Positions 12,229-24,103 of a DNA stretch of 64,000 nucleotides are shown piece after piece. The DNA is taken from NCBI RefSeq assembly GCF_028641065.1, contig NC_073405.1, positions 20,398,001 to 20,462,000 of the forward strand, read 5' to 3'. Made by a program: the position numbers and the translations under genes. Below the pieces are notes generated by a model that made no database searches, had not been told where the DNA came from, and saw only the letters and a list, made by a program, of their open reading frames with translations. Source of the stretch: Leucoraja erinacea. Taxonomy: Eukaryota. Numbering within the stretch: position 1 is the first letter of the stretch; every line of letters starts with the position of its first letter.

Positions 12229-13405
12229 AGACACAGATCAGGGGAAGGGCATAACACAATTTCTGCAGCATTGCATGTCCCATAGAGCACAGTGGCCTCC
12301 GTCGTTCTTAAATGGAAGAACTTTGGAACCACCAGGACTCTTCATAGAGCTAGCCGCCCGGCCAAACTGAGCAATCGGGGGAGAAGGACCTTGGTCAGGG
12401 ACGTGACCAAGTACCCGATCGTCACTCTGACAGAGCTCCAGAGTTCCTCTGTGGAGATGGGAGAACCTTCCAGGAGGACAACTATATCTGCAGCAGTCCA
12501 CCAATCAGGCCTTTACTGTAGAGTGGCCAGACGGAGGCAAATCCTCAGTAAAAAGCACATGACAGCCCGCTTGGAGTTTGCCAAAAGGTATGAGAAACAA
12601 GATTCTCTGGTCTGGTGAAACCAAGATTGAACTCTGGCCTGAATGCCAAGCGTCACGTATGGAGAAAACCCGGCACCCCTCATCACCTGACCAATACCGT
12701 ACCTACGGTGAAGCATGGTGGTGGCAGCATCATGCTGTGGGGATGTTTCTCAGCAGCAGAAACTGGGAGAATAGTCAGGATCAAAGGAAAGATGAATGGA
12801 GCAAAGTACAGAGAGATCCTTGATGAAAACCTACTCCAGAGCATTCTGGACTTTAGACTGGGGCGGAGGTTCACCTTCCAACAGGACAACAACCCTCAGC
12901 ACACAGCCAAGACAACGCAGGATTGGCTCCTTGACAAGTCTGTGAATGTCCTTGAGCGGCCCAGCCAGAGCCCAGACTTGAACCTGCGCGAGCGTCTCTG
13001 AAGGGACCTGAAAATAGCTGTGCATTGAAACACCCCATCCAACCTGACAGAGCTTGAGAGGATCTGCAGAGAAGAATGGGAGAAGTTACACAAATAAAGG
13101 TGTGCTAAGCTTGTAGCGTCATACCCAAGAAGACTTGAGGCTGTAATTGCTGCCAAAGGTGCCTCAACGAAGTACTGAGTAAAGGGTCTGAACAGTTATG
13201 TAAATGTGATATTTCAGTTATTTCTTTTTTAATTACTTTGCAAAAATATCTAAACACCTGTTTTTGCTTTTTTAATTACAGGGTATTGTAATTATGGGTG
13301 TAGATTGATGATAAAACAAATGAATTTAATCAATTTTAGAATAAGGCTGTAACGTCACAAAATGTGGAAAAGGTGAAAGGGTCTGAATACTTTCTGAATG
13401 CACTG
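12229..13405 (+). mobile_element. 5'-truncated Tc1-family transposon with degenerate transposase
   Basis: Frameshifted transposase with 'TVKHGGGSIMLWGCF', 'FQQDNNPQHTAK' and 'PSQSPDLN'. Right end ...GAATGCACTG followed by TA. Confidence 0.9.
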
Positions 13406-13407
13406 TA

Positions 13408-14490
13408 TGTTTCAAAATATACTTTATTTGAGAAATAAATATATCCAATACATGATCCATACAAGACTTCATCCAACGTTCTCAGAGGCTATATATACAC
13501 TCAATACTGTTTACACAAATTTATCCTCCATTCTTGCCACTCATGTGGCCCACTGGCGTGGAAACCATTCCCTTATTTTTGAGGGGCGTCTCCACCACAC
13601 CCTGCCCCCTATGTCCAGCAACGGAAGGACCCTAGACTGTGGTCCTCCTCCATAGAGCCTTGGCATTGACGGCACCAAGCTTCAGTGCCTCCCTCAGCAC
13701 GTACTCTTGCACTCTGCAGCAGGCCAGTCGGCAACATTCTCCGATGGACATCTCGCTCCACTGGGAGGTCAACAAAGCTCGGGCAGACCAAAGAGCGTCT
13801 TTCACCGAGTTGAGGACCTTCCAGCAGCACTCGATGTCAGTCTCTAAATGCGTCTCTGAGAACAGTCTGTAAATCACAGAGCTGTTTGGAATAAATCATG
13901 ATAGGGACCCTTGCAAACCTCTCCAGATCCACACTCTGCAAAGAGGTGGGCAACTGTCTCCTCTCCATAGCAGCTGTCCCGAGGCAGCGTGCGCTAGTAG
14001 TGAGGTTCCGACGGTGCAGGAAGGATCTGACTGGGACGACCCCCTCACCGCCATCCAAGCCAGGTCTTGGTGCTTGTTGGTGACTTCTGGCGATGATGCA
14101 TTTCGCCATTCAAGCTGGGCAGTCTGCTCTGGGAACCACACCACAGGATCCATGGAGTCATTTCCCTGCAGTGCCTGCAGGACGTTCCGTGCTGACCACT
14201 GCCCGATGGACGTGGTCAAAGGTGTTGGTCCGGAAGAATCTTTCCACAAACTACAGATGGTGCGGCAATGTACAGCTGACTGCCACATCGTGTGGCATCT
14301 GCACCAGGCTAATCCTTCGTAAAAATGGAGACAGGTAGAACTCAGCAGATAGTGAAACTTGGTGCCCACGTGCCTTGACACTACGCTCCGCCTGATGCAG
14401 CCGCACACGAACGTGGCCATCGGTGACGGCGACGTTGGGCACGCTTTTGCCCCTGTTGTCTGCCGGCGTGCATGTGTTTTCAAATTTCTC
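13408..14490 (-). mobile_element. Tx1/L1-clade non-LTR retrotransposon, 3' fragment
   Basis: Degenerate ORF2 C-terminus ('NSVKDALWSAR', 'VQEYVLREALKLG') and AATAAA near 13430. Confidence 0.75.
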
Positions 14491-14619
14491 CTCCCTTCCC
14501 TGATGGGAGTGGAGAGAAAAGAGAGTGACTGGGGTGAGACTGGACTTGATTATGCTGTTTGGCCTTGCTGAGGCAGCATGAAGTGGAGTCAATGGAGGGA
14601 GGTTGGTTTGTGAGGTATA

Positions 14620-15354
14620 GGGTGATTTCACCAAAGGTCAAATGAGCGTAGATCCCCCCTCACGTGACCGAAAATTTTAACTGGAGGACATATGTCAGAT
14701 CGGTACATGTAAGTGAATGGGGAAACGCGCACTTTCCCACCCGTTAAAAACATGGAAAACGGCCGATTTTTGAGCTGAAAGTTTCTGTGCTAGTCGGGGT
14801 GACCGTGAAGCACATCGACCTAAATTTTCAGGCAAAAAAAAAGATAGAAAGTAAGGTAATTACAAGAGGGAACTGAAGGTAGAAAGCAGCGGAAGTGAAC
14901 AGCTGATATTGCCGTGGAGATTTTAAGATCCAAAATATCGGGAATTAATGCGTTTGCTCGCTGAATTTCATCAAAAGTAAGGCATTATTAACTTACTTTT
15001 GATGAAATTCAGCGAGCAAACGCGATAATTCCCGATATTTTGGATCTTAAAATCTCCACGGCAAATGTCAGCTGTTCACTTCCGCTGCTTTCTACCTTCA
15101 GTTCCCTCTTGTAATTACCTTATTTTCTATCTTTTTTTTTGCCTGAAAATTTAGGTCGCTGTGCTTCACGGTCACCCCGACTAGCACAGAAAATTTCAGC
15201 TCTAAAATCGGCCGTTTTCCATGTTTTTAACGGGTGGGAAAGTGCGCGTTTCCCCATTCACTAACATGTACCGATCTGACATATGTCCTCCAGTTAAAAT
15301 TTTCGGTCACGTGAGGGGGGATCTACGCTCATTTGACATTTGGTGAAATCACCC
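14620..15354. mobile_element. 735-bp near-perfect palindromic non-autonomous DNA element (foldback/MITE)
   Basis: GGGTGATTTCACC...GGTGAAATCACCC, with ~360-bp arms complementary almost to the centre (~14987). Flanked by TATA and TATT. Confidence 0.9.
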
Positions 15355-15399
15355 TATTCTTCCACAATATCTTGCAGGCTTAGATGAAGCTGTTCCCAA

Positions 15400-15830
15400 C
15401 AAAGAAAACAGAAATCAGAAAACAGGAAGGACAGAGAAAACAGAAAAGCAGAGAAAGTGAAAATAAAGAAAACAATAAAACTGAAAACAAAAAAAAATCA
15501 GAAAACAAAACACAAAGCAGAGAAAATAGAATAGGTAAACAGAAAACGGAAAAAAAAACAGGGAATATAAAAGAATGGTGAAAACAATAGAGAAAACCAA
15601 AAAAATCCAGCAAAAACAGGAATCAGAGAAAACAGAGAAAAGGAGAAAATAGGAATCGATAAACAGGGAACAGAAAAAAAAGAAACAACTGAAAGCGGAG
15701 AAAACAGAAAATAGAGCATGTGGAAAACCAAGAACAGAAATCAGAGAAAACTATAAAGGCAGAAAAAAAACAAAGAAAGCAAAGAAGAAAACAGGGTAAA
15801 CACGAAAACAGAGAATAGAAAAATCAGCAA
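15400..15830. repeat. A-rich low-complexity tract (gaaaacag-type units)
   Basis: Visible directly in the sequence. Confidence 0.85.
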
Positions 15831-16229
15831 TCGGCCTTCCACGGTGTACAGATACGGGATAAAGTGAATATTGTTTAGTGCAAGATAAAGTCCAGTAAAG
15901 TCTGATTAAAGATAGTTCAAAGATCCCCAATAAGGTAGACAATAGGACAGGGCCACTCTTTTGCTGGTGGTAGGATAGTTCATTTGCCTAATAACAGCTG
16001 CGAATTGTCCCAGAATTTGGAGGTATGCATTTTCAAACCTGTACCTCTTGCTTGATGGGAGAGGGGAGAAGAGGGAGTGGCCAGATGTGGGACTAGATGA
16101 TTCTGGTGGCCTTGCTGTGAAGTGGGGTTGGTTTGCATGATGGTCTGGGCTACGTCCACAACTCTCTGCAATTTCTTGTGTTCTTGAATGGAGCTGTTCC
16201 CAAACCATGCATTCCAATAAAAACCTTTC

Positions 16230-16630
16230 TGTCCTGCCCCTCCTCAACTGCCAGTGAGGCCAAATGCAAATTGGAGGAACGGCACCTCATATTTTGCTTG
16301 GGCAGCTTACAACCCAGTGGTATGAATCTGATTTTTCTAACTTCAAGCAACCCTTGCTTTCCCTCTCTCTCCATCCCTTCCCCACTCTAGTTATCTGGCT
16401 AGTTTGTATGCCTCGTTGTCAGCCTCCCCTCAGCCAACAATGAACCTTTCTACATTTCCTTGATCATCGTCTGCTTTGATCTGGCGTTTTCACACCTTAC
16501 CCTTCCATATCTCTAGTTTCCTTCTCCCCGACTGCAGTCTGAAGAATGGTCTCGACCCAAAACGTCACCCATTCCTTCATGGAGATGCGGCCTGTATGGC
16601 TGAGTTACTCCAGCATTTTGTGTCCATCTA
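16230..16630 (+). mobile_element. Penelope-like element 3' end (GIY-YIG C-terminus followed by pLTR)
   Basis: Peptide 'SEAKCKLEERHLIFCLGSLQPSGMN' is typical of PLE C-termini. It is followed by the same ctgaagaa...aaacgtcacc repeat that is dispersed across the window. Confidence 0.75.
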
Positions 16631-17094
16631 CAGTTCATTCAGAGCAAGCTTGACTTCCGCCTGGGGAGGGATTAGACTGCTGACAGGATAGCTGAGGTGA
16701 ATTTCCTCAGCACATAGTACGGACGGCACTTCACAGTCAGATATTCCAGGTCCAGTGAGCATCATGTCTGAGCATCACAAGATATTGATTAGAAATCAGA
16801 CCACATCACCTCTAACATTGCCCGAAGAAGCCATATGTTACATCCGGTGAAGAGAGAAACCCTCAGGCTGAATGGCATAGTCAAAGTATGTCAGGGGTGA
16901 GCCATGTCTCTGTGAAACAGAACACACAGCAGTCTCTCATTTCTCTAAGGTAGGTCAGTATAGCTTTAACCCGGCCTGCTCTGCACGTTAGCCTGTAGTG
17001 TGGTAGGGTGGAGTGTCTTCAAACCACATTGTCTCATCCTCACCTGTAGGTCAGAGCGCTTCTCTTGTTTCCTCACTAGATGGCAGCATTTAGT

Positions 17095-18830
17095 TTAGTT
17101 TAGTTTATTATTGTCACGTCTCCCGGGGTACAGTGAAAAGCTTGTTTGTTGCGTGCTTTGCAGTCAGTGAAAAGACTATACAAGATTACGATAAGCCACC
17201 ACAGTGTACAAATACAGGACAAAGGGAATAACGTTTATTGCAAGATGAAGTCCAATAAAGAAAGATGAAAAGTAGTCCAAGGGTCTCCAATGAGGTTGAT
17301 GGTAGGTCAGGTCCACTCTCTAATTGGTAATAGGATGATTCAGTTGTCTGATAACAGCTGGGAAGAAGCTGTCCCTGAATCTGGAGGTATACATTTTCAC
17401 ACATCTATACCTCTTGCCTGGTGGGAGAGGGGAGGAGAGGGAGTGACTGGGGTGAGACTGGTCCTTGATCATGCTGGTGGCCTTGCCATGCAGCGTCAAG
17501 TGTAGATGGAGTCAATGGAAGTCAGGTTGGTTTGAATGATGGCCATGTCCACAACTCTGCAATTTCTTGTAGTCTTGGATGGAGCTGTTCCCAAACCACC
17601 CTGCGATGCATCCCAATAAAAGGCTTTCTATGGCTCAACTGAAGAAGTTGGTGAGAGTTGTTGGGGACATGCAGAACTTCCGAAGCCTTCAAAGAAAGTA
17701 GAGACGTTGGTGTGCTTTCTTGGCCATTGCTTCGAGATGGCTGGTCTCGGATAAGTTGCTGCCGATATTTATTCGTAAGCAAGTTCTTGCGAATAAGTAT
17801 CACCAGCAACTTGTCCGAAACCAGCCATCTCGAAGCAATGGCCAAGAAATCATTCATCCATCAAGAATTTCAACCATCTCTACTCTCGCGCAGTCAATTT
17901 ATAACAGGGTATGTTATAACCGTTTCACTTTCTGAAGTTGATCACAACCTCCTTTGTCTTGCTGACATTAAGGGAAATGTTCTTGTCTTGGCACCAGGTT
18001 AATGAGATTCTCAAACTCCTTCCTGTACTCCATCTCGTCATTATTTGATATCCGGCCAACTACGGCGGTATCGTTTGTGAATTTGTAAATTAAGTTGGAT
18101 TTGGTGCACATTCGTGGATGTATGAGGAGTAAAGAAGTGGGCTGAGACTGCAGCTTTGTGGGGTACCAATGTTGAGGATGATTATCCTCACTGATTGTGG
18201 TCTGTTGGTCAGGAAGTTGAGGATTCAGTTGCGGAGGTGAGCACTGAATCCAGGTTCCATGAGTTTTGAGATGAGCTCGGATGGGATAATGGTACTGAAA
18301 GCCGAGCTGCAGTCTATAAATAGAAGTCTGACAGATGTAGATGTCTCTCTTATCTTATGGATGAGTGAAGGGCCAGGGAAATGGTATCGTCCGTGGACCT
18401 GTTGTTGCAGTAGGCGAACTGCAGTGGATCAAGGCTGCAGGCTAGGCTGGATTTAATGCAATCCATAACCAGCCTCTCAAAACACTTCATGATGGTGGAT
18501 GTCAAGGCCATTGGACAGTAGTTGTTAAGGCATGAGATCTTGCTTTTCTTTGGGACTGGGATGATAATGGTCTTCTTGAAGCAGGTGGGTGCATCAGAAT
18601 GGAAGAGCGAGAGATGAAAGATGTCCATGAACACTCAGTTCCTAAGAACGCGGCCATGGACTCCGTCCAGGCCACGATTCCTGTGGGTTCAACCTCAGGA
18701 AGGCCAATTTAACTTCTGCAACAGTGACCCTTGGAAATGGCACACTCGAGGCTGATGAGACAATGTCATTGCTCTGTTGGACATCCGCTCAAAGTGAGCA
18801 TAGAATGCATTGTTCTTAGAACAAGCATTT
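17095..18830 (-). mobile_element. Rex1/Babar-type LINE fragment, degenerate, with a local inverted duplication
   Basis: RT peptide '[40 protein letters not shown]...LDPLQFAY'. (TAAAC)n tail at ~17090-17105. Confidence 0.8.
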
Positions 18831-21629
18831 CTCTGTATCTCTGTACATGTAACAATAAATAAACTCAACTAAACCAATTCCATATTTTCAGTTTCTTTCC
18901 TGCACACTTCCCCTACGATATCCGCTCACTATAGTCCTGGAGATTGTAAGGGAAAGGCCTCGGTATCAGATTTCTACTCAATGGCCAATTCTCCTGCAAT
19001 CAATACTTTGGGCCAAGGGACTGCGGTGAGGTCTGGAGCAAAGTATTGCTGGCAAGACCGGGACTGGGCATTAGTGATCTACTTATTGGAGAGCAAGTTC
19101 AACTTGATGAAGAAAAATAAAATGCTGATGGAACTCAGCAGGTCAGGCAGCATCAGTGGAAGGAATGGATAGGTGGCGTTTTGGCCGTAACCCTAACCCT
19201 AACCCCGAGGTCCACAGGCCAAGCTGGGCGGAGCTCCAACACTGTGATGTTTAAAGTCAGCGCCGCCCGCGGCTGGAAGCTCCGCAGATCACAGCTCCAC
19301 GGCGTTAAAGTCGGCAGGCCTAACGCTCCAGAGCTCCAACATGGCGATCCCGGTAAGGCATCGTCCTGCTCCGCGATGGAATTTAGCGCTGCCCCACCGC
19401 TGAAGTTCTGGCCGGTCTCCAGCAGGAAAAGCCGCGCCAATCCTGATGGTAGGCCGCGAGGAGGGGGCGAAGATGCAGCTCGACCAGGTAGTGAATGAGA
19501 AAAACGGTTTCCCCCTTTTCCCCCACCCCCCCAAATAAAAAAGACTAAAAGACCTCCAAAAACAAACTTTCGACAGACTAAAAATAACAAAAAGGATGAA
19601 AGGACAGACAGCTGCTAGCGATGCTGCCACACTCGATAGCACCTCCACACAAAAAGCTTGAGTAACTCAGCGGCCAGGCAGCATCTCTGGAGAGAAGTAA
19701 TGGATGACGTTTCGAGTCGAGGTCTGAAGAAGGGGCTCGACCCGAAACGTCATCCATTCCTCCTTTCCAGAGATGCTGCCCGTCCCGCTGAGATACTCCA
19801 TCCAGGTTTTAGTGTCCATCTTGAACTTTCTACATTGTCAGGTAGATACTAGTGTTGTAACTGTAGTGAAATTTAATTATTCATATGCAAGTCCCTGTCA
19901 GTAATTTATTTGGTTACTGGAGTCAAAAAAGATAATTTATTCATTCAGGTCACTTTATTATTTATAAATTATAGAACTGGTGGGTAGTTTATTTATTTAA
20001 AAGTCATCAATAATCTAGTTACTAATTTATTTCTAATTAATATTGGTCATTAGCAGTGTCAAGATCAAAATAAACTTTTAAACACGCTGCATTTTAATGA
20101 CTTGTTGATATTGTCTTATGCTTTCAATTTTAATAGAATTATTTTAATATATTGCATATGTACATCAGTAGTTTGTTCCCCTTTCCCCTGATTCTCAGTC
20201 TGAAAAAACATCACCCATTGTTTTTCTCCAAAGATGCTGTCTGACCCATTGATTTACTCCAGTTTCCTGTGTCTATCTTCGGTTTAAAGCAACTTCTGCA
20301 GTTCCTTCCTACATAATGGTTTGTTGATGTTTGTTTGCATTTGATTTCCACGTTCAGTAATGAATATTCTGAAAGCAGAGATCTTTAAACAGGACGGGAA
20401 AAATGGCCCAATTACCACCTTTAGAACAGAGTCTGCAACCAGTTTAAACACGTTCCAGAGCTAAACTTGCACCAGATGACGTGTGTAAGAAGGAACTGCA
20501 GATGCTGGTTTAAACCGAAGATAGACACAAAAAGCTGGAGTAACTCAGCGGGCCAGGTTGCATCACTGGAGAGAAGGAATGGGTGATGTTTTGACCCAAA
20601 ACGTCACCCATTCCTTCTCTCCAGAGAAGCTGCCTGTCCCGCTGAGTTACTCCAGCTTTTTGTGTCTATCTTCTGCACCAGAGGATCGCAGAGATATGTG
20701 CCCTTTATACATGCTGCTGCTATCGGTAGCATGCAGGATGTGCTGGTTAAAGAGGGATGGTGTTAGGGAAAGCTACTATCACAACAGCAGAAACGATACA
20801 TGGTGATCACAATGAAATAAATTATAAAAGTGTTAAAGCACATTATGATTAGTTAAACATCCTCACTTCAAAAAAATATTAAAAAGCTAAAGAATGCATG
20901 TTCAATTGACACCAGACATTAGAGAATGTGTTTAACTTTCTGCAGCTCAAGCAGTAACTGCGGAGAGAGTTCTGACTAAAGTTCTCCTACTGTTTGATTC
21001 ATTATTGCTTGGAGTGGCTGCATAACATTCTCACATTATAGTTATTTGATCTGTGAAATTGATCCTGTGAGTCTCATTATAGCTGTTGCATTTGCACCCC
21101 ACATTTCTATTGTCTTTTCTCAATTTAGTTTTGAATGATAGATGAAAGGAGAATTCTAGTGGCAGAGTTTCTATTTCATGTTCATTTGACCAGCTCGTGG
21201 AACTGCTGCTTCACAGTGCCAGGGACCTGTGTTCAGTCCTGACCGTGGGGTTTTGTCTGCCTGGAGTTTGTATGCTTTCCCCTTTGCTTGTGTCGGTTTA
21301 CAGATGTTTGAGTAGGGGACAATCGTCCCCACTTTATCACTCCAAACCGTGCAAAGTCTCAGCTCAGTACCAAACACACTTACTCCCCCAACCCTGCCTT
21401 CCTTCCACCAGCATACCAGGTAGAGGAGAATGATGACACAAGCACTATATCAGGTGTACCTGACACTACCAGGTGCTATGTCACACACTGGTACTGTAAG
21501 AGCAGTAGGACAAATGGGCACAGGGGAAGATCCCTGGGACCAGGGACTTTGGTCAGGCCCAGGCGGCCTAGTGAAGGAATCCTGTGGGAGAGGCCTTAAG
21601 ATCTCAAAATGTCAAGAGTCTGACTCCCA

Positions 21630-22145
21630 TCCATATAACTAAAAGTCTCATCTTGACCACTTCCTGTCTGTGCTGTATATTGATTTTAGAAAAACCGCTA
21701 CCATATATCGCTATGATTTTTGGCCATCTTATTCACAGTCCTCCTCTGCTGAGGCAACCCTGAGGATATTTCTGATTGATGAAAAATAAAAAAGTTATAA
21801 ATGTTTAAAAAATCTTGAGATCAGCTGATTGGTCCTCTCGTCTGCCAATCACCATGATGAAGGTAACGCCCCTTCCAGGGGAGCCAGGATTATAAAACCC
21901 CGGAGGCCGGAGGTGAGTCAGTCACCCTGGAAGACTGTGAATGAGTGAACTGATTTCTGCTTGAAATGAAATGAATTGGTACCCTGCACTCTGCTTAAAA
22001 TGGTATGAAATGAATTTTGTGGCATGCACTCTGTTTAAAATGGTATGAAATGAATTTGGTGGCCTGCACTCTGCTTGAAATGGAATGAAATGAATTTAAA
22101 TTTGGTGGCCTGCACTCTGCTTGAAATGGTATGAAATGAATTTGA
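21630..22145 (+). mobile_element. 3'-truncated copy of the same Helitron family
   Basis: Starts a|TCcatataactaaaagtctcatcttgaccacttcctg, homologous to 9912, and contains the related tandem repeat. Confidence 0.75.
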
Positions 22146-22421
22146 AGGCTGATCCTGACCTCCTTGCTGTCGAATATTCCATTCTGTTCAACCATGAGTC
22201 CCCCGTGGAAAGGTTTCTGCAGAGAAACTCCTTTGAGTGCAAATCATTCAGGCAATGGTCCACACAGAATGTTCCGGATGCTCTGCAGCATACATTTCCA
22301 AGCAAACCGTCAAAGTAGTTTGCCAGAGCGTCTCATTTTTGTCACAACTCCCAAACAAGCATCAAGTGCTCGCTTTGTGTGGAAGCAATATCCGATCCTT
22401 CATATACATATAACAATAATG

Positions 22422-22634
22422 AGGAGCAGAGTGGTGCAGCTGTAGAGTTGCTGCCATACAGGGCAGAGACCCGAGTTTGATCCTGACTACGGACGCTGTC
22501 TGTTCGCAGTTTGTATGTTCTTCCTGTGACCGCGGGGGGTTTTTTCTGGGTGCTCCAGTTTCCTCACACATTCCAAGGACATGCAAGGTTTTAGGTTATT
22601 TGGCTTCCGTAATTGTCTCTAGTTTACAGGATAG
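22422..22634 (+). mobile_element. tRNA-derived V-SINE (HE1-like), 5' part, interrupted by the DIRS1 element
   Basis: Pol III A/B-box-like head and V-domain. The SINE resumes at 27451 and ends in (taaac)n at ~27530. Confidence 0.85.
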
Positions 22635-23132
22635 AATAGTGAGATTAAACGAGTACTTACCAGTACGAAGTTTGATCTGTATTTTATGAGGAGTTACGAT
22701 GAGGGATTACGTGAAGAACCCACCCAGTGCGCAGGCGCGGCATACTTCCAAGCAGCGGTGTGGAATCACAGGTAGACACAATATTGAAGTAAAGATAGTA
22801 AAGATTAAAGAGACATCAGCTCGAGTTTGATCTATACAACGAGGGTGGGAGCGGAGGGCACGTAATCCCTCATCGTAACTCCTCATAAAATACAGATCAA
22901 ACTTCGTACTGGTAAGTACTCGTTTAATCTCACTATTTTACTTCGGAGTCACGTGAGTGACTACGTGAAGACTTCAAAGGTCTGTGATTTCAAACCGTGT
23001 AACAGCTATATCACTCACTGCCGAAGTTCATCGAGGGAGGAAGTGGGATCTAAAGACCAACGAATTTGTTAGTTTTTTGAAACAAAAATGTTTATTTAAC
23101 AATAACAAAAAATAGCTCCCCTGGGCTTTAAA

Positions 23133-24056
23133 TTATAAGTTTGCAGATTCTAAAATTTTGTCCGCAAACAAGTCCTTCTCCATCAGCGGTTTGTGGTAGA
23201 ATTTCCGGAACGTTGATTCCCTTGACCATCCCGCTGTACTAAGGATGTGGTCTATGGGAACCTGCATCCGTTCCGCCGCTGACGTGGACGCTGCCCTGAT
23301 AGAATGGGATTTAAAAACATCCGTGTTAATCCCCGCGGCTTTTAAGACCTGTTTCAACCACCTAGATATTGTCTGGCTGGTAACCCGTCCAAAAGGCTTT
23401 TTGTGGCTGACCCATAAGGCTTTTTCACTCCCTCTAAGCGTTTGGGTTGTGTCTACGTAGTTGTATAGATGGGTCACTACACACAGCCTAGGTTCTGGAG
23501 GATAGGCCCGGAAGATTAACGGAGAGTTGGGCATACCTGGCCTGCTTTGTTTTACCAACCCCGGCATGGTAAATGTAATGGAGTCTGGGGTGGTTACCAT
23601 GTTGTCCAGTCTTAGTTGATGCAGTGACTGAACCCTTTGCGCAGAGACGAGCGCCATGAGCATGAGGGTCTTGAGAGTGGACTGCTCCAGACTCAAGGAT
23701 CCCACCGGAGGCCAACCTCTAAGGTGTGACAAAACTACACTTATATCCCATACATGGGTGTATCTGGGTGTAGGGGGTTTAGTATTATAAATCCCTTTGA
23801 GGAGTTTTATAACCAGAGGGTGGGATCCAATGCTGTGATGTCCTGTGGGCATAAGGTAAGCGGACAGGGCGCTCCGTGCTGCATTGATGGCACTGTAGCT
23901 CATCTTTTGGTCATGGTGCAAGTGGGCCAGGAATTCCAGCACGTCCGTGATCGAGGCTGTCTTGTATGATGTCCCTGCATCCAAGCAGTACTGCTCCCAT
24001 TTCTTGATGTAGGTCAAGTACTGCTTCTTGGTAGAGACTCGCAGGGACGCCGACAT
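23133..24056 (-). CDS. DIRS1 ORF3: tyrosine recombinase
   Basis: Catalytic residues intact: R (SAQRVQ), HSIR, AGW, Y (FRKFY). ATG at 24056 in ACCACCATG context. Confidence 0.95.
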   Translation of the reverse strand: MSASLRVSTKKQYLTYIKKWEQYCLDAGTSYKTASITDVLEFLAHLHHDQKMSYSAINAARSALSAYLMPTGHHSIGSHPLVIKLLKGIYNTKPPTPRYTHVWDISVVLSHLRGWPPVGSLSLEQSTLKTLMLMALVSAQRVQSLHQLRLDNMVTTPDSITFTMPGLVKQSRPGMPNSPLIFRAYPPEPRLCVVTHLYNYVDTTQTLRGSEKALWVSHKKPFGRVTSQTISRWLKQVLKAAGINTDVFKSHSIRAASTSAAERMQVPIDHILSTAGWSRESTFRKFYHKPLMEKDLFADKILESANL

Positions 24057-24103
24057 GGTGGTGATTGTTCGTTCTGATAACCCCAATCCCTGGTAAGGCC
24101 TGT

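Noticed and set aside
17071-17089. CTCF-like motif (TCACTAGATGGCAGCA) between SH3GL1 and the SLC46A2-like gene
   Set aside because: A single short motif match cannot be supported without ChIP or conservation data.
19188-19206. (TAACCC)3 as an interstitial telomere or fusion site
   Set aside because: Only three units at the edge of a repeat, too short to interpret.
22422-22500. tRNA genes
   Set aside because: The A/B-box-like sequences are SINE heads. No complete cloverleaf was found in the window.
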